NCBI GenBank assembly: GCA_036391835.1
Contig: DASVZC010000019.1
Span: 919 to 64,918, forward strand
From: Ktedonobacterales bacterium
GTDB taxonomy: Bacteria; Chloroflexota; Ktedonobacteria; Ktedonobacterales; JADMIN01
Direction: 5' to 3'
Length of the DNA: 64,000 nucleotides
The notes beneath the pieces are model-generated. The model saw only the letters and a list, made by a program, of their open reading frames with translations. It did no database searches and was not told where the DNA came from. The number at the start of each line of letters is the position of its first letter. The stretch's first letter is position 1. Positions 27,981 to 37,935 of this stretch are shown piece by piece. A program made the position numbers and the translations under genes.

Positions 27981-29609
27981 TTAGCGCCGATCAGCCACCG
28001 CAGCGTGAATCAACGGAGCCAGCCTCCGCACGCCCTCGGCAAGCCGATCCTCGCTCATCGCGCCGAAGCCCAACAGCAGGCCCGGTCGCGCCTGCGCCTG
28101 ATAGTGTGGACTCAGCGCGCCTACAGCCAATCCATGCGCATGCGCCAGTTTCGCCAGCGCCCGGTCATCCGTCCCCGCTGGCAATGTCGCCAGCAGGTGA
28201 ATACCAGCCTCCGCCGGGCCAATCTGCGCCACATCGCCCACTTCAGCGGCAAGCGCCGCCACCAGCGCATCACGCCGCCCACGATAGACGCGCCGCATGC
28301 GCGCCAGATGCCGCTCCAACTCGCCCGCCTCGATGAACCGCGCAACGGCCAGCGCGTCACGCCACGAGGGATGTCGGTCACTGGCGGCCCGCGCACGCGC
28401 CACCGGCTCGATCAACCAGCGCGGCAGCGCGGCGAACGCCAGCCGCACGGCGGGATACAACGCCTTCGCGAACGTGCCGAGATAGATCACCTCATCGCGT
28501 TCATCGAGCCCGCGCAACGCCTCCAGCGGCTGTCCCTCCAGGCGGAGGTCGCCGTCGTAATCATCCTCCACCAGTGTCGCGCCAACTCGCCGCGCCCACT
28601 CGATCAACGCCACACGCCGCTCCAGCGAGAGCGTCACCCCGGTCGGATATTGGTGCGAAGGCGTCACGATCAGCAGGCGGGCATCTGTCGGCGCGCCAGT
28701 GGCCTCGCGCTCTGGCAGCGCATCCACGCGGATGCCGCTCTGGTCAACGGGAATACCGCGCAGATCGGCGCCTTCCGCCAGAAACGCGGCGTGAAAGCCA
28801 ATGTAACTGGGGTCTTCCACCAGCAACGGCTGCCCAGGTTCGACCAGCAGGCGCGCCAGTAATGCCAGCACCTGTTGCACACTACTCGCGATCAGCAACT
28901 GGTCTGGATCACAGCGCACCGCACGCGACCGCCGCAACCACGCCGCAATCGCCGCGCGGGTCTCCATCGGGCCGAGCAGCGCATCCCAGCGTCCCGCTTG
29001 CGCCGCGCGTTCGCGAGCCTGCGCGCGCAGTTCCGCCATGGGGTCGGCGTCGTCTTGCCATGTCACGATGCGCCGCCAGCGCGCCCAGGGGAAGAGGTCA
29101 GCCGCGCCCACACTTGGCCGGAAGTCGAACTCTGCGCCTTCCGCGCCCGTATCTACGCCACCAGTCGCGCTGCCGTCCACCGTCCCGGCTCCCATCAGGG
29201 GAATCGCCTGGATGCGCCGCGCCCATGTCGTCAACGCGGGACGCAGCGGTGTCACTGGCTGCGCGACCGCAGGCTCGGCATCCGACGGACGCCGCGCTTG
29301 ATCATCGGCATCATCGGCGCGCTCCACCGCGGCATATCCTTCGAAGACGGGCGCGACGAACGTGCCAGCGCCAACCCGACCCGAGACGTAGCCCTCGGCG
29401 CGCAGCCAATCATAGGCGGTGGCCACCGTCAGGCGCGCTACCGCAAGGTCATGTGCGAGCGCGCGACTGGGAGGCAGTCGGTCACCAGCGCGCAGGCGTC
29501 CTGAGAGAATCGCCTGACGTACCTGAGCATAGATTTGCCGGGTCAATCCTTCGGCTGCGTCATCCGAACGGTCGAGCGTGATGAGCAGGTCGAGCGCCAT
29601 TCGCCTCAT
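27981..29609 (-). CDS. MocR/PdxR-type GntR regulator with PLP-dependent aminotransferase-like domain
   Basis: N-terminal GntR wHTH (GDRLPPSRALAHDLAVARLTVATAYDWLRAEGYV) plus a large fold-type-I domain. Start could be 29609 or 29600. Confidence 0.85.
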   Translation of the reverse strand: MRRMALDLLITLDRSDDAAEGLTRQIYAQVRQAILSGRLRAGDRLPPSRALAHDLAVARLTVATAYDWLRAEGYVSGRVGAGTFVAPVFEGYAAVERADDADDQARRPSDAEPAVAQPVTPLRPALTTWARRIQAIPLMGAGTVDGSATGGVDTGAEGAEFDFRPSVGAADLFPWARWRRIVTWQDDADPMAELRAQARERAAQAGRWDALLGPMETRAAIAAWLRRSRAVRCDPDQLLIASSVQQVLALLARLLVEPGQPLLVEDPSYIGFHAAFLAEGADLRGIPVDQSGIRVDALPEREATGAPTDARLLIVTPSHQYPTGVTLSLERRVALIEWARRVGATLVEDDYDGDLRLEGQPLEALRGLDERDEVIYLGTFAKALYPAVRLAFAALPRWLIEPVARARAASDRHPSWRDALAVARFIEAGELERHLARMRRVYRGRRDALVAALAAEVGDVAQIGPAEAGIHLLATLPAGTDDRALAKLAHAHGLAVGALSPHYQAQARPGLLLGFGAMSEDRLAEGVRRLAPLIHAAVADRR

Positions 29610-29746
29610 AATTGGCCTACTATCCCTTCCGCAAAATGGAGCTTGCGGTAGTCCAATATCCTCCACTACGATACCACAGTGCGCAACACGTGGGGCAGAC
29701 ACCCCCTGGGTTGTGATGTGTTACGCCGAGGGGAAAGAGGATAGCG

Positions 29747-30391
29747 ATGACGACCGACACGAAACACGTTCCGGCCACATCCAAAAACGAGATCACCGAC
29801 CTGGCGAGTCGCGCTGAAACGTCGGCGCGTTCACGCATCCGACGTCACAACGAGCGCTCGGTTCCCGCTGAAGCAGAGCGCATACTTGCCACGGGAAACG
29901 TCGCGCATGTCGCGTATGTCATCGACGGCCAGCCCTATGTCATCCCATTTCTGTACGACTATGCCGACGGCGCCGTCTATCTGCATGGCGCGCCGGGCAG
30001 CCGCACGTTAAAATCTGTGCGGGTAGGCATGCAGGTGGCCATCGAAGTGACGCTGCTAGACGGTCTGATCGCCTCGCGTGACGCTGAGTCGCATTCCGCG
30101 AACTATCGCAGCGTGGTCATCTACGGCGTCGCCCAGCGCATCACCCGGAAGGACGAAAAACGCGCCATTCTGGAGCGCATGACACAGCGCTATTTCCCCG
30201 GTCGAACGGTGGACAAGGATTACGCCGCGGCGACGGAGAAGCAAATCCTCGCGCTGGAAGTGTTGCGTGTCCCGGTGGAGGAGTATTCGGCGAAGATGCG
30301 CGAGGGTGGCCCGCGTGGCCCGCGCGATAGTGACGAGGGTGAAACGCAGCACTCCGCTTTCGTGTTACACGTTGGTGGACACGACATGTAG
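29747..30391 (+). CDS. Pyridoxamine 5'-phosphate oxidase-family (flavin-binding split-barrel) protein
   Basis: 214 aa. Pattern GNVAHVAYVIDGQPYVIPFLY...VYLHGA. Divergent from the MocR regulator. Confidence 0.8.
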   Translation: MTTDTKHVPATSKNEITDLASRAETSARSRIRRHNERSVPAEAERILATGNVAHVAYVIDGQPYVIPFLYDYADGAVYLHGAPGSRTLKSVRVGMQVAIEVTLLDGLIASRDAESHSANYRSVVIYGVAQRITRKDEKRAILERMTQRYFPGRTVDKDYAAATEKQILALEVLRVPVEEYSAKMREGGPRGPRDSDEGETQHSAFVLHVGGHDM

Positions 30392-30414
30392 GGGTTCAAC
30401 TCAGGAGCAGGGAC

Positions 30415-31074
30415 ATGGTTGGCGTGTTTCAACTGGCGCTGACGGGCGTAACACTTGGCCTGGCCTATTCCGCCGCGCCCGGGGTGGTGAATACGGAGAC
30501 GGCTCGACGTGGTTCGGCTCGCGGCTTCTTCGCAGGCTTCGCGGTCGAGAGCGGCGCGCTGTTCGGCGACATGTTCTGGGCCGCGCTAGCGCTGGCCGGC
30601 GTCTCGCTGACGGCGCGGTTCTGGCCGGTGCAGATCACGCTGGCGTTTGTGGGTGGATTCTTCCTGCTGCGTATGGCATGGCTCGCAGCGCATGACGCGC
30701 TACGGCAGCGTCCTACTGAATCCGTCGCCAGCGGTCGCGGCGACTTCGCTACGGGCGTCGTCTTTGGCCTGGCGAATCCGGTGGGACTAGGCTTCTGGTC
30801 TGGTCTGGGCGGAGGTGTCGTGGCGAGCGGCGCCAGCGCGATGGGCTTCACGGGTTTCTTCGCTGGCTTCTTTCTCGGCGCACTCCTCTGGAGCGCCAGT
30901 TTCGCCGCGCTGGTCGGCTGGGGTCGCCGCTGGGCGCGTCCGCTGATCTTCCAGATCATCGACGGCGTCTGCGCGCTCGCGCTCGGCTATTTCGGCTTTT
31001 CCCTCCTGTGGACGGGCGCGAACGAACTCACGCGCCGCCTCGGCTGGAGCCGCGCCGCCCTCGCCACACCCTGA
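30415..31074 (+). CDS. LysE/RhtB-family amino-acid exporter
   Basis: 219 aa, 6 TM, N-terminal AYSAAPGVVN motif. Confidence 0.85.
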   Translation: MVGVFQLALTGVTLGLAYSAAPGVVNTETARRGSARGFFAGFAVESGALFGDMFWAALALAGVSLTARFWPVQITLAFVGGFFLLRMAWLAAHDALRQRPTESVASGRGDFATGVVFGLANPVGLGFWSGLGGGVVASGASAMGFTGFFAGFFLGALLWSASFAALVGWGRRWARPLIFQIIDGVCALALGYFGFSLLWTGANELTRRLGWSRAALATP

Positions 31075-31183
31075 GCGCGCCGCTACCCTGTTAAACAACG
31101 ACTCCTCCGACGTCTGAATTCATACACAGCGACACGCGAACGCTGATAGGTGATGGTGTAGCGCAGGACAAGGACGTGTGCGG

Positions 31184-32500
31184 ATGATTGCCGATCGAGA
31201 CGTGAATAACGCCACGCGACGACGGACGCCACTCTTCGCGCTCTACACCTCGAATGCCGTCTCGCTGATCGGCGACGCGCTGATGTTCCTGGCGATACCC
31301 TGGTTTGTGCTGCAAACGACGGGCAGTATCACCCAAACTGGCCTGACCGCATTCTTTTCGCTCTCAGCGGTCGCCGTGTCGTCGTTGTTTGGCCCCGCCA
31401 TTGTCGATCGACTCGGCTACCTGCGCGCCAGCGTGTTCAGCGATGTCGCGAGCATGCTTGGCGTTGCGCTGATTCCTCTGCTCTATCGCACGGTGGGGTT
31501 ACCGTTCTGGGCGCTGCTGGCGCTGGTCTTCGTCGCCGGGCTGCTGGTAGCGCCGGGCCAGACTGCACGCTCCGCGCTGATTCCTGACCTTGCCCAACTC
31601 GCCCATGTCCGGTTGGAACGCGCTTCCGCCGTCAAAGACAGTGTGGTGCGCCTCTCCACCTTCGTCGGCGGCCCTCTGGCGGGCGCGCTGATCGTCGTGG
31701 CGGGCACGAGCAACCTGCTGTGGATCGACGCGGCGACCTTCGCATTCTCCGCCGTGGTCATTGGCCTGCTCGTCCCCGCTCGGATTCCGCTGCATACCAC
31801 AGAGACCGCTGCGGGAGAAGCGGCAGCGGAAACGACGACAGTGGAGTTCGAGGTCGCCTCAGCGGCGCCCATCGGTCGAATTGGCCGAATGATCGCTGGC
31901 CCACGCGAGGGGATTGCCTTCATCTGGCGCGAGCCGGTGATGCGCGCCATCGTGCTCGTCGCCCTGACGACCAACCTGCTCGACGCGGGGCAAAGCGGTG
32001 TGCTGGCGCCTGCGTTCGTCAAGCAGGTCTACGGCAACGCGCTCATCCAGGGTGGCATGATGGCGGCGCTTGGCGGGGCGGCGCTGGTCGGCTCGATGCT
32101 CTTTGGCGCCATCGGTCACAAATTTCCACAGCGCCTCACCCTCGGCGTGGGCTACACGCTGGGTGGCGCGCTCCGCTTCTTCCTCATCGTGGGACTCGCC
32201 TCGACGCCCGCGCTGATGATCGCGTCGCAGGCGGTCTGCGGCTTCTTCATCGGCGTCGTCAACCCCATCACCAGCACAGCCATGTACAATCGCATCCCGA
32301 CGGCGATGCGCGCCCGCGTCCTCGGCGCGATCACCTCACTCGTGACGCTGGGGTCACCGCTCGGCGGCCTCATCGCGGGTCTGGTTGCGCCACTCATCGG
32401 CGTCGAACAGACGATGCTCGTCTTCGGCGAGATCTACACCTGCGCGACGCTCAGCCTGCTCATCAACCCAGCCACCAAAGCGCTCGACCAGGCGAAATAG
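31184..32500 (+). CDS. MFS transporter
   Basis: About 12 TM segments. N-terminus LYTSNAVSLIGDALMFLAIPWFVLQTTGS is paralogous to the 18760 gene. Confidence 0.8.
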   Translation: MIADRDVNNATRRRTPLFALYTSNAVSLIGDALMFLAIPWFVLQTTGSITQTGLTAFFSLSAVAVSSLFGPAIVDRLGYLRASVFSDVASMLGVALIPLLYRTVGLPFWALLALVFVAGLLVAPGQTARSALIPDLAQLAHVRLERASAVKDSVVRLSTFVGGPLAGALIVVAGTSNLLWIDAATFAFSAVVIGLLVPARIPLHTTETAAGEAAAETTTVEFEVASAAPIGRIGRMIAGPREGIAFIWREPVMRAIVLVALTTNLLDAGQSGVLAPAFVKQVYGNALIQGGMMAALGGAALVGSMLFGAIGHKFPQRLTLGVGYTLGGALRFFLIVGLASTPALMIASQAVCGFFIGVVNPITSTAMYNRIPTAMRARVLGAITSLVTLGSPLGGLIAGLVAPLIGVEQTMLVFGEIYTCATLSLLINPATKALDQAK

Positions 32501-32585
32501 CGACAGATGGCCCCCTCTAGCAACACGAAACCTGGCGCCTGATGAACACACTCACGGAAGGAGCCAGCGGACGTTCGTACCACCC

Positions 32586-32642
32586 TTGCAACGTTGGCCA
32601 AAGTTGCACTACCATTTGCAACGTGTTTGCAAATGGTTTGCA
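32586..32642 (+). repeat. Five phased TTGCA motifs including two TTGCAACGT 9-mers
   Basis: TTGCA at 32586, 32604, 32616, 32627 and 32638 (spacing 18, 12, 11, 11). TTGCAACGT at 32586 and 32616. Upstream of the fasciclin gene. Confidence 0.6.
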
Positions 32643-32669
32643 CACCAACATATCGAGAGGTACCTTCCC

Positions 32670-33188
32670 ATGCATCGCAAGCAGATTTCCGCGCTTTTGG
32701 CTGTGGCGCTTCTTGCGCTGAGCGTCTTTGCATTCGCGCACGTCGCTACCGCGCAGGCCGCTCCTAAGCCACGACAGAATACCATTGTTGATGTAGCCGT
32801 TTCGGTGAATGCCAAAACAGGGGAATTCTCGACGCTCATCGCCGCGCTCAAAGCCGCAGGACTGGTGAACGCGCTGAACGGCCAGGGCCAATATACTGTC
32901 TTCGCTCCGACCGACGCCGCTTTCGCCAAACTGGGCCTCAACGCCAGCAACATCGGTACACTGCCCAAGGCCACGCTGACGAACATTCTTCTCTACCACG
33001 TCGCCCACGGCTCCCGCTATGCCAGTGATGTCGTGTCTTCGACGCAGATTCGGATGCTGAACAAAGAGTTCACCACGGTTTCGACGCAAAACGGCTCGGT
33101 ATATATCAACAATGCGCGCATCATCGAGGCGAACGTGCCAGCCTCCAACGGTGTCATTCACGTGATCGACACTGTCTTGATGCCCTAA
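32670..33188 (+). CDS. Secreted fasciclin (FAS1) domain protein
   Basis: Signal peptide MHRKQISALLAVALLALSVFAFAHVATAQA. FAS1 motifs YTVFAPTDAAFAKL and NGVIHVIDTVLMP. Confidence 0.85.
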   Translation: MHRKQISALLAVALLALSVFAFAHVATAQAAPKPRQNTIVDVAVSVNAKTGEFSTLIAALKAAGLVNALNGQGQYTVFAPTDAAFAKLGLNASNIGTLPKATLTNILLYHVAHGSRYASDVVSSTQIRMLNKEFTTVSTQNGSVYINNARIIEANVPASNGVIHVIDTVLMP

Positions 33189-33214
33189 CGCCACATACCA
33201 GTTACGTACACCTG

Positions 33215-33255
33215 CCCCCGCCACGCGCCACTACGCAGGCGGGGGTCTTCATTTT
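33215..33255 (+). terminator. Intrinsic terminator (bidirectional position)
   Basis: CCCCCGCC (33215-33222) pairs with GGCGGGGG (33238-33245), followed by TCTTCATTTT. Confidence 0.6.
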
Positions 33256-33605
33256 ACCTGCGCGCCGACAAAGTCGAGCGCCTCGCGGGCGATAGGCAGC
33301 CAGTCGCCCGTGTAGGTGGAGGTGAGCGTCACCCATTCCTTCATCTGGCGGTCGTCCTTGCGCGGATTGAAGCGCTCGCCATCGCCAGATTCAAGCAGGG
33401 CAGAGACACGCGCCGCCGGGAGTTTGAGCGTCAGCTTGTCGCCCCAGAGCATAGCGAATATCTTGCCGTGGACCTTCAACCCCGAGGCGCCAAAGCGGCG
33501 ACGCGCGCCTGGCCCTGTCTCAGGCGGCGTCACATCCGGATTGCTGACCAACTCGTCGACCAGATCAGCGAAACGTTCTTCCGGCGTCAGTTCGCGCTTG
33601 CTCAT
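33249..33605 (-). CDS. TfoX-N-terminal-domain-like small protein
   Basis: Start MSKREL with GGGAGGGG SD. The pattern FGASGLKVHGKIFAMLWGDKLTLKL resembles the TfoX/Sxy N-domain. Confidence 0.55.
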   Translation of the reverse strand: MSKRELTPEERFADLVDELVSNPDVTPPETGPGARRRFGASGLKVHGKIFAMLWGDKLTLKLPAARVSALLESGDGERFNPRKDDRQMKEWVTLTSTYTGDWLPIAREALDFVGAQVK

Positions 33606-33638
33606 GGCTATGTCCCCTCCCAACGGCGCGCCACGCGC

Positions 33639-33938
33639 CTACTTCTCGGCCATGACCTCGCCTTCGTAGTACGCGACCGTCGCGCCGCCACCCTGCTGCC
33701 CACCCGCGCCGCGCGAGAAGCCGTGGCTCGCCAGAAATGAGTCGCTAGTGGCCCATGCCTCGAACGCCTCGCGCGATGACCATTTCGAGACGGCTTCCAG
33801 CGATGTCTCACCGCGCCACAACTCGAAGGACAGGAATCCCTCGAATGCCTTCAGCGACTCCGCATTGCGGCGGAAACCCTCGACCATACGCTCCATCGCC
33901 TGCTGCGGCGCGGTAATGCGATTGACGGCGACAAACAT
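33639..33938 (-). CDS. Antibiotic-biosynthesis-monooxygenase (ABM/Dabb) domain protein
   Basis: Start MFVAVNRITAP with AAAGGA SD. FEGFLSFELWRG...AVSKWSSREAFEAW is the typical ABM pattern. Confidence 0.8.
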   Translation of the reverse strand: MFVAVNRITAPQQAMERMVEGFRRNAESLKAFEGFLSFELWRGETSLEAVSKWSSREAFEAWATSDSFLASHGFSRGAGGQQGGGATVAYYEGEVMAEK

Positions 33939-34030
33939 GCTCGCGATCCTTTCTCTTGTCCACACGGTGTATCTCTGGTCAGTGTAGACACGCAGAGGCG
34001 CTCACGGCAACGGCGCCACAACACAACACG

Positions 34031-34834
34031 CTACTCGACTGGCTCGCCCCCTAGCCGCCGCGTGATGATCACACGCTCCGGAAAGTCGCTAAACACGCCG
34101 TCCACCTCCCACGCGATGAGTTGGCGAATCGTCGGCCAGAGGTTCGCCGTCCAGACGTTGACGCGCAGGCCCGCCGCGTGCGCCGCGCGAACCGTCTCCT
34201 GCGAGAGGATGCGCGGATGCGGGTGAATCGCATCTGCGCCAAGTGTAAGCGCCCGATCAATCATCGCATTGCGGGTCCAGGCGCGGCCACCGTAGAGCGC
34301 GCCCGTCTGCGCCCACGGCAGGAGCCGCTTGATTGTGGGAATCGCAGGATGATTGAACGACGACACGAGGATACGCTCCCGCAGCGGGTCATCGTCTGCT
34401 ATGGCGCCGAGCAGCGCCGCAATCGCCTGCGCCGTCTCGACAGCCTCATCATCGCTTTCGGCTTTCACCTCGATGTTGATGAGGCCTCTGCGTGCGCGAA
34501 TGAGCGACAGCGTCTCCTCCAGCGTAGGGATACGCTGGCCGCGCCCCGCGTCGAGCGCCTGCATCTCAGCAAGCGTCAGATCACGCACGGCGCCGCGTCC
34601 GTTGGTCGTGCGATTCACCGTGCCATCGTGGATGATGACGAGTCGCCCATCGCGGCTCAACTGCGCGTCGCATTCGATACCCTCCGCGCCAAGGTCGAAT
34701 GCCAGATCGAACGCGAGCAGCGTATTTTCGGGCGCATGCCCGCGCGCGCCACGATGGGCGAAGCAGATCGGCGCGAGGCCGCGCGCGGTGGTTGATTGAT
34801 GTGTTGGGGAACGTCGATCGGCGGCGGATGTCAC
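34031..34834 (-). CDS. Glycerophosphodiester phosphodiesterase
   Basis: HRGARGHAPENT and IECDAQLSRDGRLVIIHD motifs. GTG at 34834 has AAGGAGG 5 nt upstream. The ATG at 34867 is an alternative start. Confidence 0.85.
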   Translation of the reverse strand: MTSAADRRSPTHQSTTARGLAPICFAHRGARGHAPENTLLAFDLAFDLGAEGIECDAQLSRDGRLVIIHDGTVNRTTNGRGAVRDLTLAEMQALDAGRGQRIPTLEETLSLIRARRGLINIEVKAESDDEAVETAQAIAALLGAIADDDPLRERILVSSFNHPAIPTIKRLLPWAQTGALYGGRAWTRNAMIDRALTLGADAIHPHPRILSQETVRAAHAAGLRVNVWTANLWPTIRQLIAWEVDGVFSDFPERVIITRRLGGEPVE

Positions 34835-35055
34835 GGTCGCCTCCTTCTCAGGAACGTGCAAGGACATGAGATTCGCATCGGCTATCCAGAGCGACGCCCC
34901 GCGCGTATGCCCACGCTGCCAGCCACGCCGGGCAAGATGACAAAACGACTCAGATGATACAATCGCCTATGGAAAGCGGGCGCGCGAGCGCACACGGACC
35001 GCGCGTCTTCCCTGATACAGTCTAACGTGTCAATGTTAAGAAAAGAGCAGCAACG

Positions 35056-35982
35056 ATGCGCAGTAAAGTTACCGTCGTCGGCGCCGGAAACGTCGGCGCG
35101 ACCGTCGGACAGCGAATCGCCGAGCGCGACTACGCCGATGTCGTGCTGGTGGATGTCATCCCCGATATGCCCCAGGGCAAGGCGCTGGATATCCTCGAAG
35201 CCGGCCCTGTCTACGGGTATGATTCGCTGGTGATTGGCACAAACGGCTACGACGAAACAGCCGATTCAGATATCGTCGTCATCACCTCGGGCATCGCGCG
35301 CAAGCCAGGCATGAGCCGCGACGACCTCATCCGCACCAACCAGGGCATCGTCACGCAGGTCACTCAGGAAATCGCCAAGCGCTCCCCGAACGCCATCCTC
35401 GTCTGCGTCACCAATCCCCTCGACGCGATGGTGCAGTTGGCGCACAAGGTTAGCGGCTTCCCGAAGAACCGCGTGATGGGCATGGCGGGCGTCCTCGATA
35501 CGGCGCGCTTCCGCACCTTCCTTGCGCAGGAGCTCAACGTATCGGTGCGCGACGTGCAGGCGTTCGTGCTGGGCGGCCACGGCGACACGATGGTACCGCT
35601 GGCGCGTCTCTCGACAGTCGCGGGCGTGCCAGTGAGCGAGCTCATCCCGGCGGAGCGGCTGGAGCAGATCGTGCAGCGCGCGCGTGATGGCGGCGCTGAG
35701 ATCGTGGCGCTGCTGAAACAGGGCAGCGCATACTATGCGCCGTCGGCCTCGGTGGTGCAGATGGTGGACTCGATTCTGCTCGACAAGAAGATGATCATGC
35801 CAGCTTCGGTCTACCTCGAAGGCGAGTATGGCATCAACGGGCTGTTCGTCGGCGTGCCGGTGAAGTTGGGCGCGAAGGGCGTCGAGGAGATCATCCAACT
35901 CGACCTGACGCAAGAAGAGCAGGCCATGCTGCAGAAGTCCGCCGACTCCGTGAAGGAGCTCGTGGGCGTGATGGGCATCTAG
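35056..35982 (+). CDS. mdh: Malate dehydrogenase (LDH-like MDH)
   Basis: [16 protein letters not shown]...[16 protein letters not shown]...GGHGDTMVP. 308 aa. Confidence 0.95.
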   Translation: MRSKVTVVGAGNVGATVGQRIAERDYADVVLVDVIPDMPQGKALDILEAGPVYGYDSLVIGTNGYDETADSDIVVITSGIARKPGMSRDDLIRTNQGIVTQVTQEIAKRSPNAILVCVTNPLDAMVQLAHKVSGFPKNRVMGMAGVLDTARFRTFLAQELNVSVRDVQAFVLGGHGDTMVPLARLSTVAGVPVSELIPAERLEQIVQRARDGGAEIVALLKQGSAYYAPSASVVQMVDSILLDKKMIMPASVYLEGEYGINGLFVGVPVKLGAKGVEEIIQLDLTQEEQAMLQKSADSVKELVGVMGI

Positions 35983-36042
35983 GGCTACGGACCGCACCCC
36001 CAGCAAGCCCCGCTGGCTCGCGAGAGAAGGGGCATGCGTCCT

Positions 36043-36065
36043 CCCCACTCCCTGTGGGAGTGGGG
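36043..36065. terminator. GC-rich hairpin between convergent mdh and the HAD gene
   Basis: CCCCACTCCC-tgt-GGGAGTGGGG: 10 bp perfect. No U-tract. Confidence 0.45.
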
Positions 36066-36129
36066 CACGGGGGTGAGGTGTCACTCCCGTCGTCTTGGCG
36101 TGGGCCTGCGGCGTCTATACACAGTGCGG

Positions 36130-36789
36130 TTAGATCGTGTGTTCCCCGAGCCGCGCCTCGATATCTGCGATGGCCTGCGCGTTGTTCTGGAACAAGACAG
36201 CGTGGATGCCCGCAGCCTGCGCGCCCGCGATATTCGCCTCCACATCGTCGAGGAAGATGATCTCCTCTGGCTGCGCGCTCAGGCGCTCGCATGCCAACGC
36301 GAAGATGTGCGGGTCAGGTTTTTCGTATCCAAGTTCGTGTGAATAGAGGATGTGGTCAACGAGTTCGCTGAAACGGAAACGCGCTTCCTCCTCACGCCGC
36401 GCCCCAACGAAACTGTTACTCAGCAGCGCAGTGGAATAGCGTGGGCGAAGGCTGGCCAGATAGCTGGTAAGTTCAGGATTCGGATTGCCACAGTAGTAAT
36501 CCCAGAAGTCACCCATGAACGCATCGAGCTGTGGCTGATCCCAGCCCGTCGTGAGTTGTAGCTGTTCGAGCCATTCCGCTTCTGTGCACGTCCCGATGGC
36601 GCCATCCTTCCCCTCGGCCATGAGCCGCTCGCCCATCGCGTGAATCCGCTGGCCAAGCGCTCCCTGCGGCATACCTAGCCGGTCTTCCCAGTTGGCCAGC
36701 ATCTGCGGAAAACGAATGGTGGGGTCACCGCCCTCTGGAATGATTTCAAGAATGCCGCCGATGTCAAAAACCACCCAACGAATCGCCAC
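36130..36789 (-). CDS. HAD-superfamily hydrolase
   Basis: VVFDIGGIL (DxG motif I) and FLDDVEANI (motif IV). The start is uncertain: GTG at 36789 was chosen because of the usual short N-terminus, and the ORF extends to 36825. Confidence 0.75.
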   Translation of the reverse strand: MAIRWVVFDIGGILEIIPEGGDPTIRFPQMLANWEDRLGMPQGALGQRIHAMGERLMAEGKDGAIGTCTEAEWLEQLQLTTGWDQPQLDAFMGDFWDYYCGNPNPELTSYLASLRPRYSTALLSNSFVGARREEEARFRFSELVDHILYSHELGYEKPDPHIFALACERLSAQPEEIIFLDDVEANIAGAQAAGIHAVLFQNNAQAIADIEARLGEHTI

Positions 36790-36912
36790 AGTTAGAGTCC
36801 ATTCATTCAATCGAACCAACAACAACCAAAGAATCCACCAGGGAATTGCGGCGCCGCCACTGGCTAGCTGGCGGCGCCTCCAATGATGCTCTCGGACGTC
36901 AATACCCGAGGC

Positions 36913-37401
36913 TCAGTCGTGATGCTCGGCATCTTCGGCGAGGTCCAATGCGAGGACGCTCGTGAGGATCATCACATCGTCTTCACCGGGCGCGGTTTCC
37001 ACGCCATAGGTATCGGTCAGAGAAATCCAGCGCTTCGAGACAGTCGCTACCACCACGCCGTCTCGCTTGATGCGATATTCGTGGTCGAAGAGATTGCCAT
37101 CCATCTCCAAATCGTGGGGGCCAGGGATGTCAATCGTGAAGCGATCGCCCAGCAGATTCAGAAAGCGCTTGCGCACGACCGTCTCGCCCAGCCCTGGCCG
37201 ATCAATCGTGTAGGTTGGCGTCAGCGCGATCAACTTGTGCTTGACGGTCGCCACCTCGGCGCCGTTCATGTCACGTACTACGAGGGTGTTGTGCAGGCTC
37301 AGAATCTTGCCATCCACCTGATAGACCGGCCGCCCGGTTTCGTCGGTGATCTGCGAATCTTCGCCCAGCCGAAAGAACTTCTCACGGATGATGTAACGCA
37401 T
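36913..37401 (-). CDS. LURP-one-related (DUF567, tubby-like fold) protein
   Basis: MRYIIREKFFRLGEDSQITDETGRPVYQVDGKILSL... is the typical family start. AGGAGGA SD. Confidence 0.75.
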   Translation of the reverse strand: MRYIIREKFFRLGEDSQITDETGRPVYQVDGKILSLHNTLVVRDMNGAEVATVKHKLIALTPTYTIDRPGLGETVVRKRFLNLLGDRFTIDIPGPHDLEMDGNLFDHEYRIKRDGVVVATVSKRWISLTDTYGVETAPGEDDVMILTSVLALDLAEDAEHHD

Positions 37402-37641
37402 GGCGCAGTTCCTCCTGCCATGTGATACGCGCGACGGGCTCCGCCAGTTGGCAAAACGCGCTGAAACTGCACTGACTCCAGGTTGAACGTTGGCAGCACA
37501 ATTGCTATACAAACCCTTTTGGAACGCTGTATGTTCCACTTGTTATCTGTCAGTCTCAAGAGTGTCGATGGTAGACGGAGACGCTCAAGCGGCGATGCTC
37601 TTGTCCCGCCATCTAGACTGCTACGAGGAAGGGTAAGCGAC

Positions 37642-37863
37642 ATGGCAGACATCACACACCTCGTTGACAAGGCTTTCGAGAGCCAAGACTTTCATCAACT
37701 GGCCGACGCGCCGGTAGACGCGCTCGAAGGCGTGTCCGCGGGTGATGCGGACCTGCTCCAGAAGGCGTTCAACATCAAGACAATTCGCGACCTGGCGACC
37801 AACAAGTACTTCCTGCGGGCCCAGGCCATCGTTGCCCTCGAGCACACTGGCGCAAAGAAGTAA
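37642..37863 (+). CDS. Small hypothetical protein (73 aa)
   Basis: ATG at 37642 with a GAGGAAGGG SD. Followed by two hairpins. Confidence 0.55.
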   Translation: MADITHLVDKAFESQDFHQLADAPVDALEGVSAGDADLLQKAFNIKTIRDLATNKYFLRAQAIVALEHTGAKK

Positions 37864-37873
37864 GCGACACTCC

Positions 37874-37935
37874 ACGATAGTCCATCTATCGTTTCCGCGG
37901 GCTTGAACGTGTGCTCCACGCGCATGTTCAAGCCC
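37874..37935 (+). terminator. Two tandem hairpins downstream of the 37642 gene
   Basis: ACGATAG-tccat-CTATCGT (37874-37892). Then GGGCTTGAACGTGTGC-tccac-GCGCATGTTCAAGCCC (37899-37935): 16 bp including 2 G-U pairs that exist only in the plus-strand RNA. Pyrimidine-rich tail. Confidence 0.55.

Noticed and set aside
32595-32608. Sigma-54-like TGGCC-AAAG-TTGCA element within the TTGCA cluster.
   Set aside because: The GG-to-GC spacing is 2 nt shorter than the TGGCAC-N5-TTGC consensus.
35266-36084. Long antisense ORFs in the six-frame track: 35266-36084, 2045-2944, 41389-42507, 55000-56085, 57554-58603, 62576-63682, 28574-29581 and 7908-8681.
   Set aside because: Each lies opposite or out of frame to a gene with clear family motifs. 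Translations are Arg/Ala/Pro/Gly/His-rich, as expected for non-coding frames in high-GC DNA.
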